Source: Bdellovibrionota bacterium
Lineage (GTDB): Bacteria; Bdellovibrionota; UBA1018; UBA923
NCBI GenBank assembly: GCA_040754655.1
Contig: JBFMCE010000015.1
Coordinates: forward strand, 1 to 45,399
Reading direction: 5' to 3'
DNA length: 45,399 nucleotides
Of this stretch, positions 36,196 through 45,399 are shown in pieces (position 1 is the stretch's first letter; each line of letters opens with the position of its first letter). Position numbers and translations under genes: made by a program. The notes beneath the pieces were generated by a model. That model saw only the letters and a program-made list of their open reading frames with translations. It was not told the origin of the DNA and ran no database searches.

Positions 36196-37203
36196 TCAAA
36201 TGAGCCGGCTTGCCATGTGTTCAGCCAAATCAACCATTCGCGCGCTGAAGCCCGATTCGTTGTCGTACCAAGCGACTGCCTTGATCATATTGCCACCGAC
36301 CACGGCGGTGAGTTCCGCATCGACCGTGCTGGAGTGGGTGTTTCCGTTGAAATCCGTTGACACCAAGGGTTCAAGGCTAACGCCGAGAATACCTTTGAGT
36401 TTGCCTTTTGAGGCTTCGATGAATTTCGCGTTGATCTCTTCTTTTGTCGCGGCTTTCGAAAGCTCTGCGGTGAGGTCAACGAGAGAAACGTTTGGGGTCG
36501 GAACGCGTACAGAGTAGCCGTCGAGCTTTCCCTTCAAATGAGGAAGCACCAGGCCTATCGCTTTCGCTGCGCCGGTGGTCGTCGGAATCTGCGAGAGCGC
36601 AGCTGCGCGCGCGCGTCGCAAATCCTTGTGCGCGAGATCAAGCACGTTTTGATCGTTGGTGTAGGAATGCACGGTGACCATCAATCCGCGCACCACACCG
36701 AAGTTCTCGTCCAATACTTTCACCACAGGTGCCAAGCAGTTGGTCGTGCAAGAAGCGTTTGAAACGATGGTGTGCGCTCTGGCATCGTACTTCTCTTCGT
36801 TGATTCCCATGCAAATCGTGATGTCCGCGTCCTTGCTCGGGGCTGAGACGATCACTTTCTTTGCTCCGGCGTTGAGGTGGAGCGAGGCTTTCGCTTTGTC
36901 TGTGAAGATGCCGGTGCATTCCATCACGATATCAACGCCCAAGTCTTTCCAAGGAAGAACAGAGGGGTCTTTTTCAGCTGTGAGCCGAAGGCTCTGGTTG
37001 CCGATGCGAAGAGTCTGCCCGTCGAGGCGCACTTCCTCGCGTAGAGTTCCGTGAACAGAGTCGTACTTGAACAGGTGCGCCATCGTTTCAGGGGCAGAGA
37101 GGTCGTTTACAGCAACGATCTGCACCTTGTCATTATCAAGTGCGGCGCGTAAAACGCGACGGCCGATGCGTCCAAATCCATTGATGGCAACACGAACTGG
37201 CAT
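36196..37203 (-). CDS. gap: Type I glyceraldehyde-3-phosphate dehydrogenase
   Basis: [34 protein letters not shown]. Confidence 0.98.
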   Translation of the reverse strand: MPVRVAINGFGRIGRRVLRAALDNDKVQIVAVNDLSAPETMAHLFKYDSVHGTLREEVRLDGQTLRIGNQSLRLTAEKDPSVLPWKDLGVDIVMECTGIFTDKAKASLHLNAGAKKVIVSAPSKDADITICMGINEEKYDARAHTIVSNASCTTNCLAPVVKVLDENFGVVRGLMVTVHSYTNDQNVLDLAHKDLRRARAAALSQIPTTTGAAKAIGLVLPHLKGKLDGYSVRVPTPNVSLVDLTAELSKAATKEEINAKFIEASKGKLKGILGVSLEPLVSTDFNGNTHSSTVDAELTAVVGGNMIKAVAWYDNESGFSARMVDLAEHMASRLI

Positions 37204-37352
37204 GGAAAGACTCCTTTCAAAAATCTAAAACTGAGGTTTCTGATCACTTCTATAGTCCAATCTCTAGACCCTTCCAAGGAGAAAGGCTTGATTCCTTCGA
37301 ACCTTGCGGCTGGATTTGCCAGCCCAGCCACAAGGGGGTAACTTAAAGGCTA

Positions 37353-38480
37353 ATGCTAGGGGCAATAGAAGCGGGAATTGGGTTTTTGACGCAGTGGGTT
37401 GCCGTGTTTTGGTCAACCCTACGTGAAATCGCGCCTTTTCTTGTTTTTGGCCTGGTATTAGCCGGCGTGCTGCACATGCTTCTTCCAGCGAAATTCATTT
37501 TATGGGTCTTGGGAAGAAGCGGATGGCAAGGGGCCTTTCGAGGCGCAGTGACCGGAGCTCTTCTTCCTTTCTCTTCTTGCGGCGTAATTCCCATAGCGTT
37601 TGCTCTTCGGCGTCAAGGAGCTTCTCTCTCTGCCACGACTTCGTTCATGACTTCAACTCCGGGAACCAGTGTTGAGGCTTTGGCTTTGGCGGCGGCACTG
37701 TTGCCCGCGGCCTACTTGGGCGTTCAACCACTGGCAGCCTTGCTTCTTGCGTTTGCCGCGGGGATTTTAGTGGAGGCGTTTTCGGCGAACCCGCGAGAAG
37801 AACTGAGGCAGAACGTGCTTCAGCTTTCAAAGGCGATCGACAATCAAGCCAGGAATGAAGCCTCAGGCACCTGTCGTGTCTGTGGCCTGAGGACGAATGG
37901 CGAGCACCAGCATGGCATTGGAGCCCGGGTTCACGGGATTTTTCGATATGCATTTGGCACTTTTTTTCGCGACATCGCCACGAGGCTAATTCTTGGGTTG
38001 GCTTTTGCGGCGTTGTTGGAGACGGTGGTGCCAGAAAACGCGTTTCGAGCGGAATGGCTAAAGAACAATGCAGGCATTCAAACCTTGCTTGCGATTGCAG
38101 TCGGAATTCCTCTCTATTCCTGTGCGACGGCCCTGACACCGCTGGCAGCGGTGTTTCTCGCAAAAGGCATGGATCCTGGAGCTGCGCTGGCTTTATTGCT
38201 CGCGGGCCCAGTGGCAAACATCGGCAATATATTTGCTTTGAGACGCGAACTTGGTCGAAGAACCGCGTTTGTTTATTATTCAGGTCTTTTTGTGTTTTGC
38301 TGGTTGCTGGGGATGGGGTTTCATCTCTTGTGGCCTTCTCTCATGAAGCACCCATCGTTAACCTCTGTCAGCGCTTACGGGGCGCCAGGGTGGCTTGAAG
38401 TCTCATGCGCATGGTTGCTTGTGATCCTTACACTCAAAACTTGGATCGGTTCGGCGCGCGATCATTTGCACTCAAGATGA
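37353..38480 (+). CDS. DUF318/ArsP-like (SO_0444-type) permease, probable metal efflux
   Basis: PFSSCGVIP, STP, central CRVC...EHQH loop, PLYSCATA, LLAGP. Confidence 0.8.
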   Translation: MLGAIEAGIGFLTQWVAVFWSTLREIAPFLVFGLVLAGVLHMLLPAKFILWVLGRSGWQGAFRGAVTGALLPFSSCGVIPIAFALRRQGASLSATTSFMTSTPGTSVEALALAAALLPAAYLGVQPLAALLLAFAAGILVEAFSANPREELRQNVLQLSKAIDNQARNEASGTCRVCGLRTNGEHQHGIGARVHGIFRYAFGTFFRDIATRLILGLAFAALLETVVPENAFRAEWLKNNAGIQTLLAIAVGIPLYSCATALTPLAAVFLAKGMDPGAALALLLAGPVANIGNIFALRRELGRRTAFVYYSGLFVFCWLLGMGFHLLWPSLMKHPSLTSVSAYGAPGWLEVSCAWLLVILTLKTWIGSARDHLHSR

Positions 38481-39464
38481 AGGCGAATTGTAGCTGACGT
38501 CTGAGGGCGTGAACTTCAGCTTGTTCAGCAAAGTTTGAGCGGCCTCTGGAGTTTCGGCGAAAAGAAAGCCCTTCAAGGAATAGTCACGCTGAGCGGTTCC
38601 TAAGGAAATATTCACTCCGTAAGAGAACAGGTTCTCAAGCACGCGGTTGTAGAGCGTCGCATATTGTTCAGGCACGCTCATCGTGGTGTTGCTTTGGCTG
38701 AGCTCAACAAGGGCCTTTCTCGCCAAAGTCACTCTTTGCAAGATGGCGTAACGGTGGTCTTTGAATGCATTGTAGAGTTCGGCATAGCACGAAACAAAAT
38801 AGGCTCTGGCTGCTTGCTCAGCGACGGCGTAAGCCTGGTTTGCCTTTTGGATTCTTTCACCCAGCGCAATGGGGTGAATGGGTTGCGAATGGGCGTTTGA
38901 TTTTGGAAGCTTTCTTTTTACCTGCGACCAGTAGCTTCGTTTATCCCACTGCGGAAGCGAGATGCTCCAAAGCACTTGTTTGCCCATCTCGAGTGGGACA
39001 AGGCTCAGCACGTTCAAGACGCCGCTCTTGCTAGGCACTGTCAGAGTGCCAGCAGTGAGTTGGCCGTCGCGTAGAGCCGAGAAGAGTTCTTTCCAGACAT
39101 GGTCTTCGACTTGAGCGTATTCTTGGTAGCGCCTGGCCAACATGAAAAGGCTGAAAATCTGCTCCAGTTGCTCTTCACGCAACGCCTTGAATTTTTCGCC
39201 TAGCTTTTGGCCTTCGTTCTCATTCTTTTGAAGCGCCGCCGCTATTTTTGTCTCGGTCTCAGGGCTGCGTTTGTTCTTGATCGTGATTTCAAGAAGCTGC
39301 AGATCAAGAGTGAGATCCTGAATTCGTTTCAGAAGAGGATATTCGGAAGAAGACTTCGCTTGCGCGAGAATGGGAAGTTCAGGAGCGACGGCTCCGTTAC
39401 CGATCGCTACTGCTGAGGCCAAGAGAATACCCGTTGTGATCATGAAAACTTTTGAAGTACGCAT
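38472..39464 (-). CDS. Hypothetical secreted helical protein
   Basis: 330-aa ORF, GAGG RBS, signal peptide. Confidence 0.75.
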   Translation of the reverse strand: MRTSKVFMITTGILLASAVAIGNGAVAPELPILAQAKSSSEYPLLKRIQDLTLDLQLLEITIKNKRSPETETKIAAALQKNENEGQKLGEKFKALREEQLEQIFSLFMLARRYQEYAQVEDHVWKELFSALRDGQLTAGTLTVPSKSGVLNVLSLVPLEMGKQVLWSISLPQWDKRSYWSQVKRKLPKSNAHSQPIHPIALGERIQKANQAYAVAEQAARAYFVSCYAELYNAFKDHRYAILQRVTLARKALVELSQSNTTMSVPEQYATLYNRVLENLFSYGVNISLGTAQRDYSLKGFLFAETPEAAQTLLNKLKFTPSDVSYNSPSS

Positions 39465-39582
39465 CCTCTACCACCTCGCTCTCAGTTGTGTATTTTTTGA
39501 GTGCAAGTCCAATCCCGGTTACGAACAAATTAAGTCAGAGATATACCAAACCAAATCGAGAAAGACAATGCGCTTAGGGCGA

Positions 39583-40365
39583 TTAAGTGAGCGAGAAGAT
39601 GTGTCGCGAATTGGCTACAGTCGCCGATGAAAGCATTGTTAAGCTGACACCTTTGAGGGTGGCGATAATTTTGGCTGTTTCAATCAGGTATGCCGATTGA
39701 TTGAGTTTGCCTCGATAGGGTACGGGCGCGAGAAACGGAGAGTCTGTTTCAAGTAAGATGCGCTCTAAAGGCACTTCTTGGGCAACGCTTCGAAGCTCAT
39801 CGGCTTTTTTAAATGTGACGATGCCTGAAAATGAGATGTAAAAGCCCAGTGCAAGACAAGCTTGGGCAAAGTTTTTGGTGCCTGAAAAACAATGAATGAC
39901 GCCAGCTCTCTGCGCCAGAGTGCATTTTTCTGCATAGCGGGTGAGCTCTTCTAAGAGCTCTGTTTCAGCGTCTCGGGCATGGATGACAACCGGTTTTTTC
40001 CAGTCCAGGGCCAAATCCAATTGTCGTCTGAGGGCAGCGCGCTGGATCTCGCGGGGAGAGTGGTCATAGTAGTAATCGAGGCCGATTTCGCCTACTCCGA
40101 CGCACTTGGGGTGCTTGTGCAATTCACCCATCTTCTTTTCAACGCTTGGGTTCAGGTCTTTCGCTTCGTGCGGGTGAATGCCGACGGTGAAATAGACGTC
40201 GGGATATTTTTCAGCATAGCCACGCAGAGTATCGAGCGATTCTGGTCTGGTTCCAATCGTCACGAACCTTGTAACGCCTTGGGCACGGGCATTGGCAAGG
40301 TACTCGTCGGTGGAAAAGGGATACTCATGTTCAAGATGGGTATGGGTGTCAATCCATTCCAGCAT
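39583..40365 (-). CDS. tatD: TatD family hydrolase
   Basis: IDTHTH, GIHPH, VGEIGLDY, IHAR, HCFSG, LETDSPFLAP. Confidence 0.95.
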   Translation of the reverse strand: MLEWIDTHTHLEHEYPFSTDEYLANARAQGVTRFVTIGTRPESLDTLRGYAEKYPDVYFTVGIHPHEAKDLNPSVEKKMGELHKHPKCVGVGEIGLDYYYDHSPREIQRAALRRQLDLALDWKKPVVIHARDAETELLEELTRYAEKCTLAQRAGVIHCFSGTKNFAQACLALGFYISFSGIVTFKKADELRSVAQEVPLERILLETDSPFLAPVPYRGKLNQSAYLIETAKIIATLKGVSLTMLSSATVANSRHIFSLT

Positions 40366-40367
40366 CT

Positions 40368-41537
40368 TTATTTTCCCAACTCTTTTAAAATGGCCTGAAG
40401 CCTTGCTTCGTCGATCGCCCCTTCCACCCTTCGACCATTCACGAAAAAGGTCGGAGTTGAACGCAAACCAACGGCATGGCCCAAGTCCATGTCTTTTTGG
40501 AGCGCCATCGAGGTTTCTGCTGACGAGAGGCATGCCTCAAATTCATCTGCTTTGAGTTGAACTTTATTAGCCCACTTGCGCAGCGCCGTCTGGTTGATCT
40601 CGGTCTGGTTTGCGAACAACAACTGATAATACTCTTTGAATTTGCCTTGTCGGTGGGCGCAAATTGCGGCCTTCGCAGCGGCGCACGCATGGTCATGGAC
40701 ACGCGCCTTCACATGCGGGTTGCAACTAGAGTCGAGAGGAAAATGTTTGAATACGAGTTGCACCCGATCGCCATATTTCTGCACCAGGCGGTTCATGTAA
40801 TTCGATGCCATTGCGCAAGCAGGACACTGGAAATCGGCAAATTCAACGATTTGCACGGGTGGGTTTTCAGCGGTGTAGCCCAGCTTGGGCGAATCTCCGC
40901 TCGGAACGTCAAGTGCAGGTTGGCTCTTGAAATCACCGACGAACTGATCGCTTTCAAAGGGCAGTTCGTTCTTTAATTGCGAAGATAGGGCATGACCGAT
41001 CAGGATGAAAATAGCTCCGACCGCAAGATAAGCCGTGATTCTCTTTTTAGAGGCCTTCTTGAGTTCGTCCGAGAACGCATTGCCGCCTTTGAAGTCACGC
41101 AATGCCGCAAAAGTCAGGGCAAAAGTCGCAATATCCAGAGCCTTCAGGGTGAGGCACAAGAGGCAGTAAGTTTTCAGCACAAACGCCATGATGGCGAACA
41201 TGACCACTGAAACGATTACGCTTACGCAGGTCAAAGGAAAAAGCGTGAGCAAAACCTCTCGGCGTTTAAGAACATTTCGCGCGCCGATAAAACTGAGCAG
41301 CATGGCGAGGATGTAGTATCCAAGGGCGATCGCCGATACCGGGATGCCCGCTACTTCCGAGTAAGCAGACGTATTCACGACGTCGCAATCAACCTCGGCG
41401 CTGATCGAACAGAAACTCCGTGTCGTTTCACCGTTCAGAAGGGCGTAGTGATGCTGCAGAAGGTAGCCAGAGACTAAGGCTGCCGCTAAGAACAAGAGGA
41501 TATTGATCTTGAGGTATTTGGGGGCTTTTGGCGTCAT
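40368..41537 (-). CDS. VKOR - DsbA-like thioredoxin fusion
   Basis: VKOR loop C...C..V..S, CLLC; EFADFQCPAC, FKHFPL, STPTFFVNG. Confidence 0.92.
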   Translation of the reverse strand: MTPKAPKYLKINILLFLAAALVSGYLLQHHYALLNGETTRSFCSISAEVDCDVVNTSAYSEVAGIPVSAIALGYYILAMLLSFIGARNVLKRREVLLTLFPLTCVSVIVSVVMFAIMAFVLKTYCLLCLTLKALDIATFALTFAALRDFKGGNAFSDELKKASKKRITAYLAVGAIFILIGHALSSQLKNELPFESDQFVGDFKSQPALDVPSGDSPKLGYTAENPPVQIVEFADFQCPACAMASNYMNRLVQKYGDRVQLVFKHFPLDSSCNPHVKARVHDHACAAAKAAICAHRQGKFKEYYQLLFANQTEINQTALRKWANKVQLKADEFEACLSSAETSMALQKDMDLGHAVGLRSTPTFFVNGRRVEGAIDEARLQAILKELGK

Positions 41538-42292
41538 GAAAGTTTACCTGCTTTAAACACAAAATACTCTCCAAGGGCTAGAATGAGAAGTCCTGAGACG
41601 ATCTTAACGGTATCGAGCCATTTCCCCGACTTTGGCAAGACCTTCAGCGCTCCGGCGAACGTGCCTATGAATACCAGAAGAGTTCCCAATCCTAAAGCAA
41701 AGGCGAACATGAGCAATCCGCCGAACGCCACAGATTTCTGGTTTGCGATGAACGATAAGATCGTGGTCAAAACCGGGGTCGTGCAAGGCGAGGCGATAAA
41801 GGCGCTCGTCGCGCCTAAGATGAACGCGCCGAAGATGGTTCCTTCGTTTCTTTCAACAATTCCAATTGTGGTGTTCTGCTTGTGTTTTGCCCTTGAACGC
41901 AGGATCTTTGAGGCCCAGGCATTCGGGTCAAATTGTATCAGGCCCATCATCCAGAGGCTGCTTGCCACCATCACTAGACCTAATGCCAGGTACCAGCCCG
42001 GCGAATTCGTGAGCGTTCCAAAGATCTTTCCTGAAAGACTCGCGACTACTCCGAGAAGAGTGTAAACAGCGGCCATCCCCAAGACGTAAAATGAACTCAA
42101 AATCCACCCAGTCTTCACAGACCGTTCGGCTGTGCCGCCGATAAACCCTACTGTGATGGGTATCATTGGGTAGATGCAAGGCGTGAAGCTCGACAATATT
42201 CCGCCAAAATAGGCGAGAACCAACGCGAGTAGCGATGAAGCTACCGTACCTGCTTCAAGCGCGGCCTTTAACTGCAAGAAAAGAGATTCCAC
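41534..42292 (-). CDS. ccdA: CcdA / DsbD transmembrane-domain protein
   Basis: SFTPCIYPMIPIT, ASPCTTPVL, LPKSGKWL. Confidence 0.88.
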   Translation of the reverse strand: MESLFLQLKAALEAGTVASSLLALVLAYFGGILSSFTPCIYPMIPITVGFIGGTAERSVKTGWILSSFYVLGMAAVYTLLGVVASLSGKIFGTLTNSPGWYLALGLVMVASSLWMMGLIQFDPNAWASKILRSRAKHKQNTTIGIVERNEGTIFGAFILGATSAFIASPCTTPVLTTILSFIANQKSVAFGGLLMFAFALGLGTLLVFIGTFAGALKVLPKSGKWLDTVKIVSGLLILALGEYFVFKAGKLS

Positions 42293-42371
42293 GTCTAGAC
42301 CTCTTTGAAGAATCCAAAGCCACCCGAATTTGTTTCTGCAAATCCCTGCGACTCTGGGTTATTAACTAGGG

Positions 42372-43919
42372 ATGCTTCGAAAGCTGATCTTCATCATAGC
42401 CTGCCTTACCGCCTGTGTCGACTCTGGTTCGCGGGCCCCGGCGTTCAAAGTTCACCTTTCCAGCGAGCCGCTGAGCCTGGATTCCGCTTTGGCCGAGGAT
42501 GGCTTGTCCTTTCGGGTGTTGGGCGCGCTCATGACGGGTCTTGTGAGCTATGACAAGGATCATAAAATCAAACTAAGCCTTGCCGAGCAGATGGAAGCCT
42601 TAAACCAGGGGCGGCGCTATCGTTTTAAGCTGCGGGACTGGAAGTGGAGCGACGGGCGGGAAGTCACGGCCAAAGATTTTTTGTTTGCGCTGAAGAGAGC
42701 CTTGGAACCCGAGACGCCTTCAAAACTAAGTGAACTCTTGTTTTTCATCAAAGGCGCAAGAGAGTACAAACAAGGCAGGCAAAAAGATTTCGAGAAGGTG
42801 GGCATCCGTGCCTTGCATGAAAAGCTGATTGAATTCGTTCTTGAAGAGCCAACCCAGTTTTTTCCGCACATCCTCACATTGCCTGTGGCGCTGCCGCAAC
42901 GTGCAGATCTGGTTGAAAGATGGGGAGCGAAGTGGCCTCGCCACATGTTGACGACAGGGCCTTACAGGATTTCTGCCTGGCGCCAAGATGCGCGCATTGA
43001 GCTTGAGAGAAATCCTCACTTCACGCAGTTTTCGGATGGCGCACCGGAACGCGTGACTTTTCAAATCATCCCTGATGAAACTACGGCGCTGAGGCTGTTT
43101 GAACAGCGGCAAATCGATTTGTTGTTTCGCGTGCCTTCGTTTGACCTGCAGCGTCTGAAGCGGCAAGGGCTGGTGCGCGAGTTTCCTTTTTTTGCGACTT
43201 ATTATCTTGGCTTCAACCAGAAGCAAAAACCGTGGAATGAATTTCAGGCGCGCCAGGCGTTCTCAAAAGCGATAAGTCGCGACGCGATTGTCGAGGTTCT
43301 GGGTACGCATGAATCGGCTGCCGGCAGTTGGATCCCAAAAGGAATGCCCGGACACGACCCAAGCATCGGGATAAGCTTCGACGGAATCGAGGCGAGAAGG
43401 CTTTGGAATCAGTCAGGCGCAAAATCATTTGATAGCCTGACGCTTGCGTTCGATGCTTCAGCCAAAAACCAAACGGTGCTTGAACGCGTTCAAGCCGACC
43501 TGAAATCACACCTTGGCTTAAAAAAAGTGGAACTCAGGGCGCGTGACTGGAAAACATATGTGCGGGAACTGACTTTGCAGACGCCTTCGGTCTTTCGGTT
43601 CGCATGGCTCTGCCCATTCGCAGACGCCTATGCTTGCCTCATGGTTTTTTCTTCAAAAAGCGCGAACAATTACACGGGTTGGAGGAGTGCCGAATATGAC
43701 GGGCTTTTGAGCAAGATTTCTAGGCTAGATGCGACATCCACAGAGAGGCGGGCATTGATCGATCAGGCGCAGCGCCTTCTTGTCGAAAAAGAAGCGGTGG
43801 TCGTTCCTCTTTACCATTACGTGCAGATCGTCGGAGTTTCACCACGGGTTGAGCGTGTTTCAGTGAACGGTCAGGGACTTATTGATTTCATGGACATTCA
43901 GATGTCGGCCAAGCCTTGA
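42372..43919 (+). CDS. Peptide ABC transporter substrate-binding lipoprotein (family 5, OppA-like), no adjacent permeases
   Basis: LTAC lipobox, EPLSLD, KWSDGREVTAKDF, TGPY, LERNPHF, NNYTGW. Confidence 0.92.
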   Translation: MLRKLIFIIACLTACVDSGSRAPAFKVHLSSEPLSLDSALAEDGLSFRVLGALMTGLVSYDKDHKIKLSLAEQMEALNQGRRYRFKLRDWKWSDGREVTAKDFLFALKRALEPETPSKLSELLFFIKGAREYKQGRQKDFEKVGIRALHEKLIEFVLEEPTQFFPHILTLPVALPQRADLVERWGAKWPRHMLTTGPYRISAWRQDARIELERNPHFTQFSDGAPERVTFQIIPDETTALRLFEQRQIDLLFRVPSFDLQRLKRQGLVREFPFFATYYLGFNQKQKPWNEFQARQAFSKAISRDAIVEVLGTHESAAGSWIPKGMPGHDPSIGISFDGIEARRLWNQSGAKSFDSLTLAFDASAKNQTVLERVQADLKSHLGLKKVELRARDWKTYVRELTLQTPSVFRFAWLCPFADAYACLMVFSSKSANNYTGWRSAEYDGLLSKISRLDATSTERRALIDQAQRLLVEKEAVVVPLYHYVQIVGVSPRVERVSVNGQGLIDFMDIQMSAKP

Positions 43920-43987
43920 GTGAGAGCGGCCGCCAAGTCGTGTAGGTCTTCAAAACAAGCAAAACGTCGTTGGTTCAAACAAGGTTG

Positions 43988-44869
43988 TTATTTTTTCTTC
44001 TCGCCAACTGGGGCACCGTCGCGGGCCTCTGCGCCGCTGGCCAGCTCTCTTGATGCTCGAATCGCGTCTGCGATGCTTCCTTTTGAGCCTTCTTCGAGGC
44101 TTTTCGCACTAGAGAGACTGGCTTTTTCACCGTGAGGAACCGCCGCCGCGACCACTTGGGCTGCCTTCAAGACGCTCCACTCGGGTTTCTTGGGATCTTG
44201 ATAGCGGCATTGCAACGAAGCATCTCCATGCATGAAATACACCTCGGGCATGTTCTCGAGTTTGTCGCTAAAGGTGCCGTAAACAAGTGCTTTTTTGAGA
44301 GAGGTTTCACGGGAATCGATCACCCTCACCATAGGAACACGGAATACCGATTCTTCTTTTGCCGTGATTTTGAGGTATTTTGCATCACACCCTTCAAACT
44401 TACCAAGGTCAATGCCGTCGTTGAAAGCGATGGTCTCGGTTTTATCGCCGCATGAAGCTTGGCAAAGAAGAGAAAGTTTCGAGCGTGCATTTTTTTCTTC
44501 TTCGTGGCTTGAACAGTGCAGTGAAATGCCAGTGGTGTCGTCGAAATCGATCCTAGATTTTCCGTCAAGTCTTGCGGTTTTGAACAACGCCACTTGAGGT
44601 TTTCCTTCTTTGTCGACCTCGCTTGTGTGGTGGATGGCAGCGCGAAATACTCCCATTGATTGGTCTTCGGTCAGGTTAAACAAATAAGGTTTATTACAGC
44701 CCTGCAGCGATTTTAGCGGAATCTCGGCGGAAGGCGCTACGGTGATTTGCGCTTTTCCGCACCTGAGTTCACAGGTGGTTCGGAAAATTTTTTCTGCGCG
44801 CGCTTCTGAGAGAAAACTCAGCAACCCCAATAAGAGCAGAGAAAACCGGATAAAATACCTGTTTTTCAT
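43988..44869 (-). CDS. Hypothetical secreted protein with two Cys-patterned tandem domains
   Basis: GGGGG RBS, signal peptide ending ARA, duplicated CxxxCG...GC...YL...VFR...SLxC. Confidence 0.75.
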   Translation of the reverse strand: MKNRYFIRFSLLLLGLLSFLSEARAEKIFRTTCELRCGKAQITVAPSAEIPLKSLQGCNKPYLFNLTEDQSMGVFRAAIHHTSEVDKEGKPQVALFKTARLDGKSRIDFDDTTGISLHCSSHEEEKNARSKLSLLCQASCGDKTETIAFNDGIDLGKFEGCDAKYLKITAKEESVFRVPMVRVIDSRETSLKKALVYGTFSDKLENMPEVYFMHGDASLQCRYQDPKKPEWSVLKAAQVVAAAVPHGEKASLSSAKSLEEGSKGSIADAIRASRELASGAEARDGAPVGEKKK

Positions 44870-45025
44870 CGATCCCCCAACGAACGTCCCTAAGCTTAAA
44901 ACTTGATATAAATTGTACACTTTTATAGGGGGGCGAGCAAGGGAAGGGGTTTTGATCTACAGGGCCTTCTACAACGGGTTGTAAATTATCTTAAGTGTTT
45001 GAATTTTTTAACAAATTACCACTTG

Positions 45026-45055
45026 TATTGACGATGATACATATCTATGTCAATA
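45026..45055. promoter_or_regulatory. Palindromic operator/promoter of the vapBC pair
   Basis: TATTGAC-gat-GATA-ca-TATC-tat-GTCAATA, includes TTGACG, ends 7 bp before ATG. Confidence 0.65.
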
Positions 45056-45062
45056 TGGCGAT

Positions 45063-45281
45063 ATGAAAGGTTCTCAAAAAAACAAACGTATCACCGCAAA
45101 TCTGCCTGCAGATTTATTGAAAGAGGCCATTGAAGTGACCCAAAATGGGATTACTGAAACCTTGATCCAGGGATTGCGGCTGATCAAGAGATCTTCAGCC
45201 TACGAAAAAGCCCAAGCGCTTAAAGGCAAACTTCATTTGGAAATAGACATCGAGGAGAGCCGTGAACGTTCTCGTCGTTGA
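45063..45281 (+). CDS. vapB: VapB-like antitoxin (ribbon-helix-helix type)
   Basis: KRITANLPADLLKEA...TETLIQGL; 72 aa; overlaps a PIN gene. Confidence 0.75.
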   Translation: MKGSQKNKRITANLPADLLKEAIEVTQNGITETLIQGLRLIKRSSAYEKAQALKGKLHLEIDIEESRERSRR

Positions 45282-45399
45282 TACTTCTGTCTGGATTTCT
45301 TATTTCGCTGGAAAACCTCTTTCTGATCTAGATTTAGCGCTAAAAGAGGGGAGAGTGCATCTTTCCCCGGTGGTATTGGCAGAGCTTTTGAGTGCGCGT
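45262..45399 (+). CDS. vapC: PIN-domain VapC toxin, 5' part (runs off right edge)
   Basis: GAGGAG RBS then GTG; MNVLVVDTSVWISYF...SPVVLAELLS; not listed in the ORF track. Confidence 0.85.
   Translation, partial: MNVLVVDTSVWISYFAGKPLSDLDLALKEGRVHLSPVVLAELLSAR

Noticed and set aside
140..44597. Numerous 60-240 aa ORFs antisense to or nested in the called genes
   Set aside because: No recognisable motifs; expected shadow ORFs of real coding sequence.

Overview
Bacterial chromosomal window; gene content and the many orphan secreted proteins suggest a Bdellovibrionota/Oligoflexia-like deltaproteobacterium (inference only). Core blocks: ftsE-ftsX-envC-ctpA-xseA-M23 peptidase-SH3/beta-barrel-Mpo1; queF; cobalamin adenosyltransferase; hslO; an adenylate-forming enzyme; an HDOD / PAS kinase / sigma54 regulator / degenerate kinase / GGDEF signalling cluster; thioesterase, bioY, TPR, CCA-type enzyme, RlmI-type methyltransferase; gap-pgk-tpiA-secG running into an SplB-like radical SAM pair; a DUF318 permease; ccdA-VKOR/DsbA-tatD; an orphan peptide-binding lipoprotein; and a vapBC pair at the right edge. 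No rRNA, tRNA, CRISPR array, transposase, integrase or reverse transcriptase was seen. The two most unusual structures are (1) a 288-bp non-coding TGT...ACA element at 22763-23050 with perfect 26-bp inverted ends and five copies of RTGCAAATGTGC-N7-10-GCAC at exactly 39-bp spacing, next to an XRE-HTH gene, and (2) a 1.36-kb AT-rich cassette (13610-14999) bounded by 30-bp direct repeats inside degenerate 6-7-mer repeats, containing two headless four-helix-bundle (IVP/Avd-like) gene halves fused back-to-back on opposite strands plus a secreted cargo gene. All protein calls are from motif recognition by eye; no searches were run.
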